DNA from: Macrostomum lignano
Lineage: Eukaryota
NCBI GenBank assembly: GCA_002269645.1
Contig: NIVC01002282.1
Span: 1 to 64,000 of the forward strand
DNA: 64,000 nucleotides
Direction: 5' to 3'
Below, piece by piece: positions 23,349-35,530 of the stretch (positions within the stretch are counted from its first letter, which is position 1; the number at the start of each line of letters is the position of its first letter). A program made the position numbers and the translations under genes. The notes beneath the pieces were generated by a model. That model was not told where the DNA came from, searched no databases, and worked only from the letters and a program-made list of their open reading frames with translations.

Positions 23349-23672
23349 GTGAGTCGGTCGCGGTCGCAGCTGAGCATAGCCAGTTCAACCGGCTCAACTG
23401 ACGATTTGGCAGCCTCTCAGCCGCATCAGCAGCAGTCGCACCAGCTGGCAGTGGGGGCCGCAGGACCGGCTGGGCTGCACCACTCGGCACCTGAGAGCGG
23501 GCATCAGCGGCAGCGCAGGACTTTGCCAGCCAGGCCGGCCCAGCAGCAGCTGCAGCACCAGCGGCCCTCGAGCGCGATGGGCCAGGCGTACAGAGGCGCC
23601 TCAGCTGCTTCTGCCCAGCAACAGCAGCAGTATCACCATCAGCAGCAGCAGCAGGTGCTGGCTCAAAGTGCC
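23349..23672 (+). CDS. SLAIN2: SLAIN exon 3
   Basis: ggcag|GTG...GCC|gtatgt; phase 0; low-complexity S/Q-rich sequence. Confidence 0.7.
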
Positions 23673-23764
23673 GTATGTTTATTAAGTTCATTATTGTGTT
23701 TAAACAGCACATTTTAACAGTGCTTGAGTCTAAACTTTGCATTCACTGACTCCCTTCACCGCAG

Positions 23765-24043
23765 CTGCCATCTCGGCCTGCCTCCGTCACTCCGGTTGTC
23801 GCCCAGCAGCGGTCCAGCATGCTGCCAAGGCCGAACCAGACCGCCTCCCCGGTGCCACCCGGCGGCGGTGGCGGCGTTGGCGGCGCCAGACGGGCCTCCA
23901 GCGGCCAGATGGGTTTGCCGCGGCCTGTGCAGCAACAAGGCGGCCGGATTCCCTCGCCTCTGCGTGGTAGCGCCGCCGGCAGGGCCTCGGTGGATCACGG
24001 AGCCTCGCTAAATGGCGGCTTCGGCTTTCATGGCCAGCGCTGA
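23765..24043 (+). CDS. SLAIN2: SLAIN exon 4 (last)
   Basis: accgcag|CTG; SxIP-like motifs SMLPRP, GLPRP and GRIPSP; ends TGA. Confidence 0.65.
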   Translation: MPSRPASVTPVVAQQRSSMLPRPNQTASPVPPGGGGGVGGARRASSGQMGLPRPVQQQGGRIPSPLRGSAAGRASVDHGASLNGGFGFHGQR

Positions 24044-24217
24044 CCCGTCTACATCTGCCGATATGTTGTGTAAATAACTTTTTTTGTGTAAAAATTAATT
24101 AGAAAATTAATTATTGTTTTAAATGGTGTGTTTTTAAATAGAGAAAATTCTAAATTTATTATAGAATAATTTATTACCTCTTCGTTTCTACTCATGTGTT
24201 TTAATATACTTTTAGAC

Positions 24218-24312
24218 TGATGACGTCACTGATGAGTGATGACGTCACTGATGAGTGATGACGTCACTGATGAGTGATGACGTCACTGATGAGTGATGAC
24301 GTCACTGATGAG
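24218..24312. repeat. 5 x 19-bp repeat, each containing a perfect CRE palindrome TGACGTCA
   Basis: TGACGTCA at 24221, 24240, 24259, 24278 and 24297. Confidence 0.9.
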
Positions 24313-24879
24313 TAGTGAATGATTACAAAATAAGCATGTTTTGTTTGTTTGTCGGCAAAGTATCAATACTGTAGTGGAAGTTACTTTGAATTCAGTTTTA
24401 TTCATTGGTGGTTATTTAATTTTTATCTACAGCTGCACATACTGTTACTGCACTACTGACTAAAGCTGCATTAGTAGTATATGCATTGATTTTTTGTTAA
24501 CAATTGAATGCAAAGCGCCCCAAAGATTCAAGCAGTAGTCAGTTGTGAATATTATCCTATTAAATTGTCCGTCTGTTTTTTTACATAATGTTTATTGTCG
24601 ATAATTATGATTTTTTACATAAATTTTTTATCCTCATTTGCGTGTCGATTTGTTTTCTTGGCTTACTACTTGAGGTAGTATGAGTTGTTTTCAATTTTTT
24701 GTTTATTTTTAGTTGATCTGATGACTGGGTCAGATTTTATCGCGAAGTTCTGTTCAAATTATTTTACCTACCGTCTGTCTGCTTTAGAATATCCTGCTGT
24801 TGAGCTTTATTCGTTCGTCTGTGTGATTAAACTGGACAATTCTCAATTTTACTTGTATCTCATTTTTTGTCTGTAATAA

Positions 24880-25215
24880 TCGGCTGTCAGAGCAGTCTGT
24901 AATCAGCTGTCAGAGCAGTTTGTAATTTACTGTCTAAGTAGTCTGTAATTAGCTGTCAGAGCAGTCTGTAAGCAGCTGTCAGAGCAGTCTGTAATTAGCT
25001 GTCAGAGCAGTCTGTAAGCAGCTGTCAGAGCAGTCTGTAATCAGCTGTCAGAGCAGTCTGTAATCAGCTGTCAGACCAGTCTGTAATCAGCTGTCAGAGC
25101 AGTCTGTAATCAGCTGTCAGACCAGTCTGTAATCAGCTGTCAGAGCAGTCTGTAAGCAGCTGTCAGAGCAGTCTGTAATCAGCTGTCAGAGCAGTCTGTA
25201 AGCAGCTGTCAGAGC
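24880..25215. repeat. 23-bp minisatellite (GCTGTCAGAGCAGTCTGTAATCA)
   Basis: About 14 units. Confidence 0.95.
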
Positions 25216-25779
25216 TAATATGTGAATTGTTTTGCTTATTCTGTGCAAAAATTCAAAGTTCATGCGCTTACCTCTCTTCTCTCTACTCATTTATCTTGGC
25301 TTGCCGTGAGCTTCCGGACAAAACTACTCTGGGTAGTAGAATTCAATTTTTGTGTTATTAATAACACGCATTGCATGCAGGTATGTGGATACTTTTTACT
25401 CTTGATTATTGCCGCATAGAGCATATTTAGCCTGTTATTGCGTACTGCAAGCACTTTGACATGCTAATGAAATTTACCTAAATAAAATTATGCATATAGA
25501 TTTTTAATAAATCTTTGCTTTTGATATGTGCCTCTATGCTACTAACAGTAATGCTGGCAAGTAATTAGTAGTTAATCTTTCATATCAGATTTTATGCTAT
25601 TGTGTCGGTTTGAGAAATAAAAGTTAACAAGTACAGCCGTGCGCTGGGGGACACGGGTCTCCGATGACGAAGTTGTTAGTTGCTGATTTGACAGCCATTT
25701 GACAGCCACATAACGTTCACGTTCTTAGAAGGGGCCGTGGCCTCCACAACAATTGCGCTTCTCGGAAAGCAGATTGAAA

Positions 25780-26811
25780 AATAGGCAACCAAGCTCAATG
25801 AATTGCAGGACCTCAACGTTTGCCACCTCCTGTTGGACGGGGCATCCACACGCTAGGAGACAGGGGCGCCCCACCAAGAGACAGGGGCGCCCACCAAGAG
25901 ACAGGGGCGCCCACCAAGAGACAGGGGCGCCCACCAAGAGACAGGGGCGCCCCACCAAGAGACAGGGGCACCCACCAAAAGAATGGGGCGCCCACCAAGA
26001 GATAGGGGGCGCCACTAAAGAGACAGCGGCGCCAAGCAAGGGATAAAGGCGCCCACCAAGAGACAGGGGCGCCCTCTAAGAGACAGGAGGCGCCTATCAA
26101 GAGACAGGGGCGCCTACCAAGAGACAGGGGGCGCCCACCAAGAGACAGGGGCGCCCACCAAGAGACAGGGGCGCCTACCAGGAGACAGGGGGCGCCCACC
26201 AAGAGACAGGGGCGCCCACCAAGAGACAGGGGCGCCTACCAGGAGACAGGGGGCGCCCACCAAAAGACATCGGCGCCCACCAAGAGACAGGGGCGCCCAC
26301 CAAGAGACAGGGGCGCCTACCAGGAGACAGGGGGCGCCCACCAAAAGACATCGGCGCCCTCTAAGAGACAGGGGCACCCACCAAGAGACAGGGGCGCCCA
26401 CCAAAAGACATCGGCGCCCTCTAAGAGACAGGGGCACCCACCAAGAGACAGGGGCGCCCACCAAAAGACATCGGCGCCCTCTAAGAGACAGGGGCACCCA
26501 CCAAGAGACAGGGGCGCCCACCAAAAGACATCGGCGCCCTCTAAGAGACAGGGGCACCCACCAAGAGACAGGGGCGCCCACCAAAAGACATCGGCGCCCT
26601 CTAAGAGACAGGAGGCGCCTATCAAAAGACAGGGGCGCCCACCAAGAGACAGGGGCGCCTACCAAGAGACGGGCGCCTACCAAGAGACAAGGGCGCCCAA
26701 CAAGAGACGAGGCGCCAACAAGAGACAGGGGGCGCCTACAAGTGTAACTTATTTTATTTTGCAGGACAAACACGAGTACATGTACGTCATTCTTCAATAG
26801 CATACGCTACT
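25780..26811 (+). mobile_element. hAT-like element copy with an expanded 20-bp CCAAGAGACAGGGGCGCCCA array
   Basis: Shared 5' flank AGGCAACCAAGCTC...; array 25855-26740; TIR-like GCATACGCTACTG at about 26799-26811. Confidence 0.6.
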
Positions 26812-27132
26812 GTATTGTATCTGATTGGCAAGCCTAAAAATTTGGATTGAATCAATCAATCAATCAACGATAAAAACAACTAAATCAAAATTGCGCGTTT
26901 GGTTTAAATTTCATGAAAATCTAGAAAGCGGAAGAACGCTACCAGCTGCTCTTGCACCGAGTGCACTTCGGACAGAACGAATACTTGTCTCTTTTCCTTC
27001 AAGAGTTGTGTCCGGAAGTCCAAGAGTGTGATTTGGCTAATTTATTGCTAAAATCAGTTAGTTCTACCTACGAAATTCCTGCTTCAGCAGTCCATGTTAA
27101 ACCTACTATACATGAACGATACATGTGCGTAC

Positions 27133-29490
27133 AATGAGTGCCTGCGGCGCTAAAATGAGTGCCTGCGGCGCTAAAATGAGTGCCTGCGATGCCAAAATGA
27201 GTGCCTGCGGCGCTAAAATGAGTGCCTGCAGCGGCTAAAATGAGTGCCTGCAGCGGCTAAAATGAGTGCCTGCGGCGCTAAAATGAGTGCCTGCGGCGCT
27301 AAAATGAGTGCCTGCGGCGGCTAAAATGAGTGCCTGCGGCGCTAAAATGAGTGCCTGCGGCGCTAAAATGAGTGCCTGCGGCGCTAAAATGAGTGCCTGC
27401 GATGCCAAAATGAGTGCCTGCGGTGCCAAAATGAGTGCCTGCGGCGCTAAAATGAGTGCCTGTGATGACAAAATGAGTGCCTGTGATGACAAAATGAGTG
27501 CCTGCGGCGCTAAAATGAGTGCCTGTGATGACAAAATGAGTGCCTGCGGCGCTAAAATGAGTGCCTGCGGCGCTAAAATGAGTGCCTGCGATGCCAAAAT
27601 GAGTGCCTGCGGTGCCTAAATGAGTGCCTGCGGCGCTAAAATGAGTGCCTGTGATGACAAAATGAGTGCCTGCGGCGCTAAAATGAGTGCCTGTGATGAC
27701 AAAATGAGTGCCTGCGGCGCTAAAATGAGTGCCTGCGATGCCAAAATGAGTGCCTGCGGCGCTAAAATGAGTGCCTGCGGCGCTAAAATGAGTGCCTGCA
27801 GCAGCTAAAATGAGTGCCTGCAGCGGCTAAAATGAGTGCCTGCGGTGCTAAAATGAGTGCCTGCAGCGGCTAAAATGAGTGCCTGCAGCGGCTAAAATGA
27901 GTGCTTGCGATGCCAAAATGAGTGCCTGCGGCGCTAAAATGAGTGCCTGCGGCGCTAAAATGAGTGCCTGCAGCAGCTAAAATGAGTGCCTGCAGCAGCT
28001 AAAATGAGTGCTTGCGATGCCAAAATGAGTGCCTGCGGCGCTAAAATGAGTGCCTGCGGTGCTAAAATGAGTGCCTGCAGCAGCTAAAATGAGTGCCTGC
28101 AGCAGCTAAAATGAGTGCTTGCGATGCCAAAATGAGTGCCTGCGGCGCTAAAATGAGTGCCTGCGGCGCTAAAATGAGTGCCTGCAGCAGCTAAAATGAG
28201 TGCCTGCAGCGGCTAAAATGAGTGCTTGCGATGCCAAAATGAGTGCCTGCGGTGCTAAAATGAGTGCCTGCAGCGGCTAAAATGAGTGCCTGCAGCGGCT
28301 AAAATGAGTGCCTGCAGCGGCTAAAATGAGTGCCTGCGGTTCTAAAATGAGTGCCTGCAGCGGCTAAAATGGGTGCCTGCGGTTCTAAAATGAGTGCCTG
28401 CAGCGGCTAAAATGAGTGCCTGCAGCGGCTAAAATGAGTGCCTGCAGCGGCTAAAATGAGTGCCTGCGGTGCTAAAATGAGTGCCTGCAGCAGCTAAAAT
28501 GAGTGCCTGTGATGACAAAATGAGTGCCTGCGGCGCTAAAATGAGTGCCTGCGGTTCTAAAATGAGTGCCTGCGGTGCTAAAATGAGTGCCTGCGGTGCT
28601 AAAATGAGTGCCTGCGGTGCTAAAATGAGTGCCTGCAGCGGCTAAAATGAGTGCCTGCAGCGGCTAAAATGAGTGCCTGCAGCGGCTAAAATGAGTGCCT
28701 GCGGTGCTAAAATGAGTGCCTGCAGCAGCTAAAATGAGTGCCTGTGATGACAAAATGAGTGCCTGCGGTGCTAAAATGAGTGCCTGCGGTGCTAAAATGA
28801 GTGCCTGCGGTGCTAAAATGAGTGCCTGCAGCGGCTAAAATGAGTGCCTGCAGCGGCTAAAATGAGTGCCTGCAGCGGCTAAAATGAGTGCCTGCGGCGC
28901 TAAAATGAGTGCCTGCGATGCCAAAATGAATGCCTGCGGTGCTAAAATGAGTGCCTGCGGTGCTAAAATGAGTGCCTGCAGCGGCTAAAATGAGTGCCTG
29001 CGGCGCTAAAATGAGTGCCTGCGATGACAAAATGAGTGCCTGCGGCGCTAAAATGAGTGCCTGCGATGCCAAAATGAGTGCCTGTGATGACAAAATGAGT
29101 GCCTGCGGCGCTAAAATGAGTGCCTGCGGCGCTAAAATGAGTGCCTGCAGCAGCTAAAATGAGTGCCTGCAGCGGCTAAAATGAGTGCTTGCGATGCCAA
29201 AATGAGTGCCTGCGGCGCTAAAATGAGTGCCTGCGGCGCTAAAATGAGTGCCTGCGGCGCTAAAATGAGTGCCTGCAGCAGCTAAAATGAGTGCCTGCAG
29301 CGGCTAAAATGAGTGCCTGCGGTGCTAAAATGAGTGCCTTCGATGCCAAAATGAGTGCCTGTGATGACAAAATGAGTGCCTGTGATGACAAAATGAGTGC
29401 CTGCGGCGCTAAAATTAGTGCCTGCGGCGGCTAAAATGAGTGCCTGCGGTGCTAAAATGAGTGCCTGCGGCACTAAAATGAGTGCATGCG
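27133..29490. repeat. 21/22-bp satellite (AAAATGAGTGCCTGCGGCGCT) with variant units
   Basis: More than 100 units; invariant AAAATGAGTGCCTG core with variable tails. Confidence 0.97.
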
Positions 29491-29754
29491 GTGCCAGACG
29501 AGGTGCTGACAACACCAATTCTGAAAATAATGTACATGTTCATGTAGAATTCGTGGCTTTGTCCCAGGACCCCTCACGATAAAATTCGTGGCGACGCCCC
29601 TGGTCACATTTATTCCATACAGTGAATCTTGTTCCCAGAGTGAATATCGTGGCGCCTCGACTATGGAAATGTAGCTGTTGAAAAATCTATAGGCTACATG
29701 TATGTCGGTATCGGGGACTCCAGTTTCTGTATGCTCAACTTCAGTATGTTGCAG

Positions 29755-30187
29755 GGACATCCTGAGAGATTCGATTTCCAACCAAAACATTTTTCATATT
29801 CGAGAGAGTAGCGGACGGTTGGAAACGTCCCGCAGTCCCAGAGTCGCCTCCGGGTCAGGACGGAAAGTTCCTGCGGGTGAGCACAGCCCTGCTAGAGAAA
29901 GCCATCATGCGCAGCCTCACCAACCGTGCAGGGCCAGTTCTTCCATCCTTCTCAAGTTCCCAAGAACCTGCTGTTGTACACGCTCGACGAGACGTCAGAA
30001 GACTGGAAGCCGCAGAACTTGCTGGAACTCGTGCGGCAGTCGCTGCAGCTGCTGGTTGAGATGATGGAGTCGAGAGCTCAGACTCCGAGAACCGCGAGTG
30101 CATGAAGCCATTCTTCCTGCGCAATTTCAACTTTTACTTGAGAAACATGCACATGCGCATTGTAGAATTTTTTCCAGCATCTCTTAA
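29755..30187 (+). pseudogene. Mab-21/cGAS-like nucleotidyltransferase C-terminal region, multiply frameshifted
   Basis: Frame-joined peptides FLRVSTALLEKAIMRSLT / QGQFF / ILLKF / KNLLLYTLDETSEDWKPQNLLELVRQSLQLLVEMM / ECMKPFFLRNFN follow the Mab-21 motif order WRLSFS..EK, Q...LK, LKT.L...W....L, CPHYF..NL. Confidence 0.5.
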
Positions 30188-31767
30188 GGTAGGGGGATTG
30201 TAGTCCCTCACCCCAGTCAAACAAATTTCAATGGGCTTGGTATTCTTACTATTCAACAACGATTTGATGGATATACATTCTGGTCTAGACAAATGCTGCG
30301 GACTGCTATTTACATTGTAGCTGGTTGTGTAGCCGCACAGCTGCATGTAGATCAGGCACGATTCACTTTTAGTTTTACATGAACATGCAGCCATCTGTAC
30401 CGAGAATGGTTTCATAACAAGCTTTAATTAAGATGCTTCGAAAGCATTCCGGCCGTATGTTGCACTGTGTACTGACTCATCACCACGAGAATTGAGGGAT
30501 TGTAGCCTTCGCGGGTTTGATTCTTGACCCCACTTTGGAACAACTTGCGTCCTTGAACAAGGCCCTTAACTCTGCATCTGATGAATGCAGAAACAAAAAA
30601 CTGGGGCACTCACTTCAAACTTGATAAAATTTTAACTAATAGACTGCTGAGATGTCAATTGGTTCATGAGGACTTTCTGAGATGCCGAGAGTCAATTGGG
30701 AGTTGTTGCTAGGCCAAGTACCAATACGGAGAGCTATAGTTACGCCATGGCTTAAAGGGAGGCTTTGATGCCAAATCTCAAAGGACTTTGATTAAAAGGT
30801 CATTTTCCTTAAGAAAGTAACATTGGTGATTGTACAAAGTTGAAAGCTAAATTAGTTTATTAAAAAAAATTATCTTTGTTGCCGCCCCAGCGGGGGGAGG
30901 CGAAGATTGCTAGCTAGTCCAGTATACTAAAATTCAGCCACTAAATGCACATGTTGTTGGTCATAATATCTTCAAGAGAAAAATATTATTGTATTAAGGA
31001 GGAAAAGTGAAGACTGAATATCCAGCCTAAAGTTGCTGGATATGCATGCAATGTAGCTGCAAAGTGTGCGGTGGGCAAACATCATCTGGTCTCGTCATGG
31101 ACATTGTCTTTCTGTCAAGCCTGTTGCACTGCGAGCGGTAAAACTAATTACCATTTTGCAAAGAAAATAAGTCTCATGTAGACATCAAAGCCGTGGCATC
31201 AACTCCTATCACCGAGATGATTTATTAAGTGCCATGGTGAAAACGAAACTTTAATGACAACTATCGAATCTTTGAATAACGCAGTTCTCCAATACACACA
31301 TTGAGTTGAGTCTTGGAAGTTCTTCTTCTTCTTCTGCTGCTGCTGCTGCTGCTGTTAGGTGGAAAAGAAAATTCTTTAAAAGCTGCTTTGCAATGGCATA
31401 TCCAAAGCGCATATCTGAGCAGTAAAGTCTTGAGCACGAGTCGAGCGCGTGGCATTTATGGGGTTGGTGTACACCACCGTTACAGACAATGCAGGGCAGA
31501 ATTCACTTTTACAAAAGCAAAATGCATTTGCTGTCTGAGCTCTGTTGTCAGGCACGCGCACTCAGTATTTTGTTCTGTTTGCTGAGTCTCTGCGCAGTCT
31601 GAGTTCGGCTGCGTTGAGCACAACTTTGAATGATTTTAAACGACGATGGCTTTTAATTGCCTATAAGACTTGTTGGCGTATTGCATCGGGATTCGCCGTA
31701 TAAATATTAAAAGTATTCATTGAACGACCGTGGCCACCCTGACGAAATGCCTTCGGCGAAATCGTCC

Positions 31768-32373
31768 CAGTGGCGTACGCAGGGAGGGGCCCAAGGGGTC
31801 GCGACCTACCACCCCAACCGCCGCCATACAAATTTCGCTCCTTCATAAAATTTATGAACGAGGCAACCCAGCTCTACGAATGACAGGAGCTCAACTTTTG
31901 CTACTTCTTGGACGTGGCAGACAGGGACAGAGCCGCCTGCCAGGAGACAGGGGCACCCACCAAGAGACAGGGACGCCCACCAAGAGACAGGGGCGCCTAC
32001 CAAGAGACAGGGGGCGCCCACCAAGAGACAGGGGCGCCCACCAAGAGACAGGGGCGCCCACCAAGAGACAGGGGGCGCCCACCAAGAGACAGGGGCGCCC
32101 ACCAAGAGACTGGGGCACCCACCAAGAGACAGGGGCACCCAACAAGAGACAGGGGGCGCCCACCAAGAGACTGGGGCACCCAACAAGAGACAGGGGGCGC
32201 CCACCAAGAGACTGGGGCACCCAACAAGAGACAGGGGGCGCCAATCAAGAGACAGGGGCGCCCACCAAGAGACAGGGGCGCCCATCAAGAGACAGGGGCA
32301 CCCACAAAGAGACCAAATATTGGCGCCATTTGGGGTTGCGACCCCTCCAATAAAATTACTGCGTACGACACTG
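31768..32373 (+). mobile_element. 606-bp non-autonomous hAT-like element with an internal 20-bp minisatellite
   Basis: TIRs CAGTGGCGTACGCAG and CTGCGTACGACACTG match 14/15; array 31930-32310; flanking 8-mers AATCGTCC/CATCGGCT match only 5/8. Confidence 0.75.
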
Positions 32374-32789
32374 CATCGGCTAACAATCAGTCAGTGCTGA
32401 GGCAATTCTGTACATTTTACTGACTACTGAGCACATGCAAGTGTGCCAATGATGTACACAGTGCACGCACTCATACACAGGCTCACACAGGGTGCACAGC
32501 TTCCCATTGACTTTCCAACCATCAGGCATATAGCGCTGTGGGTTGGCCCTCACTCATATGGTTGTAAAATTTAAACTCATGTGAACCTTAAATTTACTAT
32601 GCGAACTATCAGAGAAAGTGAACCAAGTTTCCTTTCCAAGGACAACTTGGGAGCACCTCTTTAGTCGTCCTTGCCTTTCAGTTGCTTTGGTTTCGAGTAA
32701 TTAATGCTTACATGTCATTTTGAAACACCAAAAAATGCAAATTTTTTGAGGTTCTAATTTTTTAGAACATTTTTTAGGTAGTAGCATGT

Positions 32790-33620
32790 ACAAGGTTAGG
32801 GTAATGTGAAAGGTTGTGGCATGTACAAGGTTAGGGTAATGTGAAAGGTTGTGGCAGGTACAAGGTTAGTGGAATGTGAAAGGTTGTGGCAGGTACAAGG
32901 GTAGTGGAATGTGAAAGGTTGTGGCAGTTACAAGGTTAGTGGAATGTGAAAGGTTGTGGCAGGTACAAGGTTAGTGGAATGTGAAAGGTTGTAGCAGGTA
33001 CAAGGTTAGTGGAATGTGAAAGGTTGTGGCAGGTACAAGGTTAGTGGAATGTGAAAGGTTGTGGCAGGTACAAGGTTAGTGGAATGTGAAAGGTTGTAGC
33101 ATGTACAAGGTTAGTGGAATGTGAAAGGTTGTAGCATGTACAAGGTTAGTGGAATGTGAAAGGTTGTGGCAGGTACAAGGTTAGTGGAATGTGAAAGGTT
33201 GTGGCAGGTACAAGGTTAGTGGAATGTGAAAGGTTGTGGCAGGTACAAGGTTAGTGGAATGTGAAAGGTTGTGGCAGGTACAAGGTTAGTGGAATGTGAA
33301 AGGTTGTGTCAGGTACAAGGTTAGTGGAATGTGAAAGGTTGTGGCAGGTACAAGGTTAGTGGAATGTGAAAGGTTGTGGCAGGTACAAGGTTAGTGGAAT
33401 GTGAAAGGTTGTAGCATGTACAAGGTTAGTGGAATGTGAAAGGTTGTGGCAGGTACAAGGTTAGTGGAATGTGAAAGGTTGTGGCAGGTACAAGGTTAGT
33501 GGAATGTGAAAGGTTGTGGCAGGTACAAGGTTAGTGGAATGTGAAAGGTTTTAGCATGTACAAGGTTAGTGGAATGTGAAAGGTTTTAGCATGTACAAGG
33601 TTAGTGGAATGTGAAAGGTT
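32790..33620. repeat. 35-bp minisatellite (AGGTACAAGGTTAGTGGAATGTGAAAGGTTGTGGC)
   Basis: About 23 units. Confidence 0.97.
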
Positions 33621-35055
33621 AGTGGCATATATTCCATAATGTTGGTAAAATATACCAGATTAGTGGAGTGTACTCGTATCAGGTTAGTGCATTTCCATGT
33701 AGTGTGTTCGAGAAAACGTGTAGCACTTCATGGGGTTCGGCCATAGACAAATTCCAGCTAAAATAATCCGATTTCTCCAGAGCTTACTCAAGCCGCGTTC
33801 TTTACTGTCCTCCATCTCATCTTAGCTCGTAGGCTACCTTTGCTACCTATAGCTACTGCAGTTGTCACGTGTTCCAAACTTTTTCCTACACTGTAACTGG
33901 GCCTCGCTAACCATTGCTACAGATCAATGCAAAGTTAGAACCCAGCTAGAGGATTAATGCAAGCAGTCTATTGTTAGAAAAGTGCAACTTTACCAGTAAC
34001 AAGCCTAGTGAAGTCGGTCATTTCCAGGAACTTAATGCCCGACAAACTAAAATTAGCCACACGTTATTCCAATATTAGCTGAACTGTGTCCGGTGTCCGA
34101 CACTAAACTTGCTTCAATCCTTTACTGCTGAAGTTAAACAATTGCTTGTTTAAGTGCAGGAGTGTAAAATAGGTCAAGGATAGGCGTACAGTAGATACTG
34201 GAGCTGGTGCAGCCATCTGTCCTGTCAGAATCGCTATCAACCCCATGCTTTGACAATTGTCTATGGCCAAAGCCGTGTAGATGGGGAGAGCATTGAAATT
34301 TCAGACTTAAAGCTCGGTACCATTTTAGACCATAGACGAAAGCAGAATTTTCTGCAGTGTCTAAAAATGACGGTTTGAATAAATAAAGTAGTTTTTACGT
34401 AATGCCAAAAAAGCTTCCGGTGTTATTAACTCATCCCATATTCAATATTGTAAAATTTTCAACACCCTGTTTATAAAATTCTGGAAGACTTTAAAATAAA
34501 TCAGAGTGGCAGCAGCCAGTTATTTACAGGCAAAAATAGGCATCTTCTGCATGACAGCGGGTGTACAGGCATCAGTAGTTCATTGTGCCTCCTCTGTTAC
34601 CCGCAGTCAGTCACGCTCTGGCTGCCAGGGCAGGCATGCTAGCTACGGCACGGGGTTTTGGGTTCTAATTTACCCTCGGGCACAATGCAAAGAAACTACT
34701 TAGCTATTACACAGAGTTGTCCATGGCAACGCTTGACAACGCAGAGAAACTGCGAAGAAAGAAATGCGGTTGGCCTCCCACTCCCGCCCGACCCGCCAGC
34801 TCTCTACACTTCGACGACCTTTTCAATGCTTTATCTCTAGCCCTAAGGTCATTGGCTGGGCGACCACCCCACCGCCAAGTATTTCAAACTATGAGGGCTG
34901 CCCTCCCCCACGACCCAGCTCGCTCTCTCTCTCTGCTTTCCACGTCATGAAATTTCTGCCACGTGTTTAACTGCAACAGAAGAAAACTTATAGAAGAGCA
35001 GAGCCAAGAGAAGACCCGGTTGCATTGTGCTGGACTTCACACAAGCCGATTTCCG

Positions 35056-35104
35056 ATGGCAACTAGCAGCTGTTTTGCAACTGTGGACACAAATGGAAGT
35101 CGTG
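35056..35104 (+). CDS. Candidate first coding exon of the MYND gene
   Basis: MATSSCFATVDTNGSR G|gtaaat; phase 1 matches the acceptor at 35721. Confidence 0.4.
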
Positions 35105-35516
35105 GTAAATAAAATCCACCCTGGCGCCATTGTCATGCTTGCAGTTCAATAGGCATCTGATAATTCCACCAAAATTGTCTTGGAAAGCTTTGAGATTTCC
35201 CATATGAGTAGGAGCCACTCTGAGTTAATTTTCTGAGTTAAATCTTTGCTCAAACAGTAATTAAAGCTTAGGTGCAGTTTTGTATTTAATTTCAGGCACG
35301 GTGAGAAACCCAATCACTCTGATTGGCAGAATTATTTTGTCGTAAAGCAATTTCCCGATGGACTGGCTGGATGAGTGGGAGAGAGAGGCTGGGGAGAGAA
35401 ACTTCTGTCTCTCCTCATCTGACCTGATGCAGCTGCTGCTGTGTGCAGCATCTCTGTAATCTCTCATCCCCTACAGCTGCAGCTCCACCCGCCTCTGAGA
35501 TAATACTGTGTTCAGC

Positions 35517-35530
35517 GTTGCCATGGCAAC
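35517..35530. promoter_or_regulatory. Perfect RFX X-box GTTGCCATGGCAAC
   Basis: Exact consensus palindrome; a second near-match lies at 34716-34730 and TATAAAAG at 35655-35662. Confidence 0.55.

Noticed and set aside
25725-26803. ETGAPTKRQG / LLVGAPVSWW ORFs (also at 20.7, 31.8 and 51.2-52.3 kb)
   Set aside because: Products of the 20-bp repeat.
27235-29582. KMSACGA / PQALILA ORFs as Cys-rich proteins
   Set aside because: The frame is repeatedly broken by 22-bp variant units, so this is a satellite.
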